From Psammoneis japonica (Eukaryota), in the NCBI GenBank assembly GCA_008632985.1, contig QPGO01000063.1, positions 124,001 through 188,000 of the forward strand: DNA of 64,000 nucleotides, in the 5' to 3' direction. Below, one piece after another: positions 60,785 through 64,000 of this stretch (position 1 is its first letter; each line of letters begins with the position of its first letter). Under the pieces are notes generated by a model, which saw nothing but the letters and a program-made list of their open reading frames with translations, was not told the DNA's origin and did not search any database. The position numbers and the translations under genes are program-made.

Positions 60785-61813
60785 TCACTTTTGATTGAGA
60801 GTCAAGAGCTGATCCAGCTTTTCGTTAATGCAGTTCGCAAGTTCTCCCTGTTGCTTCATCCATGCGTCCTGTTTCTTGTTCCATTTCTCCTGTTTATTAT
60901 TCCATTCGTCCTGTTTCTTGTTCCATTTCTCCTGTTTCTTATTCCATTCCTCCTGTTTATTATTCCATTTCTTGTTTTCTTTCCTCACCTTGGCAAACTC
61001 TTCCTTCACTTCCTCTCTGGCCCCAAAAAACATGACAACAGTTGAAAATGGCGATACAACTTTTGTGATGAGTCCACAAGTTGCTCCTCCGAAGCCCAAA
61101 ATGTTTGAGCCGATAAACGCACAGACGCCGACAATGGGAATGGAAAAATTGCAGCACTGCTCCTCCGTCGTTTCCTCTTCCTCGTCGTCCTGGTGGGGGT
61201 CATTCGGAGCTGTGTCGGTCGCCGGTACAGCCATTTCAATGCCAACATCAGTTGAAAACTGGCTCGAAGACGCGGTGCGAGTGGAGTTCGCGTCCTCGTC
61301 TTTCTTCTTGATGCCGCCCTCGGCAGCTTGTCCGTTCCCGAGCGAAGGTGGAGAAGTGGCATCCTCCACTGGGGAGCTGGAAGATTCATTGCTTGTTTCT
61401 TCATCTTGATTATCAAGAGTAACGGCAGGATGCTCTTCTTCTTCTTCTTCTTCTTCTTCTTCTTCTTCTTCTTCTTCTTCTTCTTCTTCTTCTTCTTCTT
61501 CTTGAGGAGGAACCACGAAAACAGCTGCAGGTGGGCGCGAACCATCGTCGCCCCCAGTTGCCGCAGGAGCAAGACTCATGCTGGGGCTGTTCTCTTTTCC
61601 AGGCTTTGGTGGATTCAAAGCAGCGTTAGACGTTCGAAACAAGTCGGATTCATTCAGAGTCTTTTCGATGGCAACAAGAGGGGATCGGCGAGTCGTCGTC
61701 CCCGCTTCGGCACGCACTGGAGAAGACCTCGCTTGCAACTTAGAATCCCCGAAGCGTGGGAACGGCTTCGCATGCAAAGGCTTCCTTGAGTTCAAGTGAT
61801 TTTCCTTGTTCAT
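60785..61813 (-). CDS. Orphan family X, copy 4 (diverged; poly-Glu expansion, different heptad tail)
   Basis: Same N-terminus as copies 1-3; C-terminal (WN[N/K]KQ[E/D]x)n repeats. Confidence 0.75.
   Translation of the reverse strand: MNKENHLNSRKPLHAKPFPRFGDSKLQARSSPVRAEAGTTTRRSPLVAIEKTLNESDLFRTSNAALNPPKPGKENSPSMSLAPAATGGDDGSRPPAAVFVVPPQEEEEEEEEEEEEEEEEEEEEEEEHPAVTLDNQDEETSNESSSSPVEDATSPPSLGNGQAAEGGIKKKDEDANSTRTASSSQFSTDVGIEMAVPATDTAPNDPHQDDEEEETTEEQCCNFSIPIVGVCAFIGSNILGFGGATCGLITKVVSPFSTVVMFFGAREEVKEEFAKVRKENKKWNNKQEEWNKKQEKWNKKQDEWNNKQEKWNKKQDAWMKQQGELANCINEKLDQLLTLNQK
61435..61503. repeat. (CTT)~23 microsatellite encoding poly-Glu
   Basis: Pure trinucleotide run; 4-5 Glu at the equivalent site in copies 1-3. 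Confidence 0.95.
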
Positions 61814-62143
61814 TTGCACGATTGTGTTTCGTCGTTACCTGGGATTGTGTTCTGACGGTTTGAACGAGTTTCCCTGGTCTTTTTGTTGCATGGGTAACGG
61901 CGGAAAAAACTCCCTTTCGGGTCGTCGTACGTATGTCTCACAGTAGGTTCTACGTCACTGGTCGCGGATCCTGTCGAGTTTCACGAATCAAGAGTTAACG
62001 GCTCTGACAAAGGGGGTCGCTATTATTCTGATTCTGCGGCACTTTATTTGCGCGCTTGCTCCTCTGAATTCTTCTTCAACAACAAGCCCTACTACCGTAC
62101 TAGAGTTCTTTAGATCACTACATCAATAACCTCGCACATCAGC

Positions 62144-64000
62144 CTACTTTTTCGAGGTATTGCCGGTCTTCTTTTTCTTCAGAAATGCAGCAAACATTTT
62201 AGCGCCTGCGGAAGGCGCGTCCTTCCGCTTCTTGCTACTGGTCCTTGACGCCGCCTCCTTGGGTGATCCCGTCGGAGGAGTCTCTGGTTCTGCGTTTGAA
62301 GCAGAGGAGGATACCTTCGTTTGCTTCGCTGGTTTGACTGGGGGTACGTCGACCTTCTTCACAGACAGTCAAAGGGGTAAGAACTAGAATTCCAGAAACT
62401 ACAGCACAAGTAGAAACAACGGGTTCGCGCTTACCAATAGTTCCTCTAGTCCCAGCTCCTCAAGGACAGACTTTTTGACTTTCCAAATAACTCCACCACT
62501 GGGAATTCGTTTCTTTTCCGCAATCGCATCAAGCTTCCTAGTCGCGTGTGCTCGACTAGGAATGATCTCCTGATGAAGCGTCCGCAGTTGTTCTACAATC
62601 TTGTCTTTGGACGGCAAGGTACAATTGTGAACAAACTGAGCAAAAATTCTCAAATCCTCCTTGCTCATTTCCTGCGAGTTCGTCGTGCCTTTCCCGGTAG
62701 CCGACACTTTTGTCGATCCATCTTTTACACAGGACGGGTCTGAGGATGACGGTGTACACTCGTCCACGAGGTGCGGCGGGAAGGCATCCCAGCACAATTC
62801 CAAATTGGGAGCGCAAACCTGGCCCTCGTGAGACGCAAGCAATTCCATAGCCTCGGTAGGGCATACACCTTCGACAAATTCCTTGGCATCTTCGTCCGTA
62901 ATTTGATCCTTGGAAAGCGGAAGGCCCCCCATTGCTGGAGCAATCACACAGACCGTGCTGAGCTCCGTAACCGTCTTGTCGTTCCTTTCCTCTAATTTCT
63001 TTTTGCGCAAAGCCATGGTTTCCAAATCAACCTCTTCTCCGCCAAGATCATCGTCGTGGGCCAACCACCCGTCTTGGTAGTTGTAGACGCGGGTATCGCC
63101 CTCTTCATCATCCATATTGTCCTCCTCATCATCGCCCGCGTCAGATTCACAGTCTTCTCCAGGATCGTCATCACCTTCCTCCCACTCAGCCTCGCTGTCT
63201 TCATCGTAATTCAAAAATTCCGTCTCCTTGCCAAAGGGAGTCCGGCCAGTCACGGCAGAACTACGAGGCTTGCTCCACGTTCCATGGTACGGCGGACGAT
63301 AGTCTTCGTGAAAACGGAAAAACTTGTACTTGTTTGGCACATTTATTTCTCGTTGCTCATCGTATGGCTGTTCACCAAAGGGATTGTCCGACAGGACCGT
63401 GACAAAGACAGTGACAGAGACTTTTTTCGTTTTACGGGTGCGAGACGCACGTGCCCGATCCGAAAGCTTGGCAAACACGGGAGCATCCAAATGGCGGTCC
63501 CTGGAATCAATCAACGAACGAAAGTGCTCCGTGTCAAAGGACGAGCCCGCGTTATTATGACTCTGTGCAACCTTTTTCTCGGTCGCTTTCTTCTTGGCAG
63601 GCGTCGCCTGGGACGGCGCCGTGAAGAACGATTGCATCATGGCCCGTTGCTTTTGGGTTTTTTCCTCCGTTTTTTTGGCCTTGGCTTCCTTTGCCAAACG
63701 CTCCCGTTTGCGTTCTGATTCTTTCTCCTCCTTTTGCTTGCGCTTGAGCTCGGCCGCCTCTTGCTTCTTTCGTTCCTTTTCAGCCTTTTCCTCTTGCTTC
63801 TTTCGTTCCTTCTCGGCCTTTTCCTCTCGCCTGGATTGCTCCGCTTGCTGCTTTTCCAATTGCTTTTGCGCCTTTTCCTTTTCTTTTTCCAGCTGCAGTC
63901 GCGCCTTGGCTTGTTCCTTTTGCTTCTTGGCTTCCAGTGCGAGCCGCTGTTTTTCCGCCTCGCGTTCATACTTGAGCACCTTTTCCTCTTCCGTACTGAT
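62144..64000 (-). CDS. CHAF1A: Chromatin assembly factor 1 subunit A (p150/Cac1); 5' end outside the window
   Basis: KER coiled coil, PIP-like QRAMMQSFF, F.EDYRPPYHGTWSK, NYDEDSEAEWEE and acidic domain; intron from 62434 to ~62355. Confidence 0.9.

Noticed and set aside
61006..61789. Poly-Lys and poly-Phe ORFs
   Set aside because: Alternative frames of the (CTT)n microsatellite.

Overview
Eukaryotic nuclear DNA, most likely a pennate diatom. This is inferred from short GT-AG introns, diatom-type Ty1/Copia elements and a binding-protein/class C GPCR fusion; the species cannot be determined. Host genes: a BRPF/JADE-like PHD (PZP) protein, a VASt lipid-transfer protein, a Cys-rich repeat membrane protein, a divergent beta-tubulin, a bestrophin-like channel, a class 3 lipase, a class C GPCR, CAF-1 subunit A and four copies of an orphan TM/coiled-coil gene. 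Three of those copies lie in a ~5.7-kb tandem triplication that also produced chimeric PHD/VASt pseudogenes. The main signal is a transposon-restricted hypermutation converting TpA to TpG or CpA on both strands. A full-length Copia (49041-56635) has almost no Tyr left (RT YVDD reads CVDD), and its LTRs differ mostly at TpA sites. An ~11-kb block (about 2550-13370) and an 840-bp element show the same TpA loss, while genes and tandem gene duplicates do not. The degraded block also holds a cyanobacterial-type ECF sigma (SigG-like) fragment and a Crinkler-like nuclease pseudogene.
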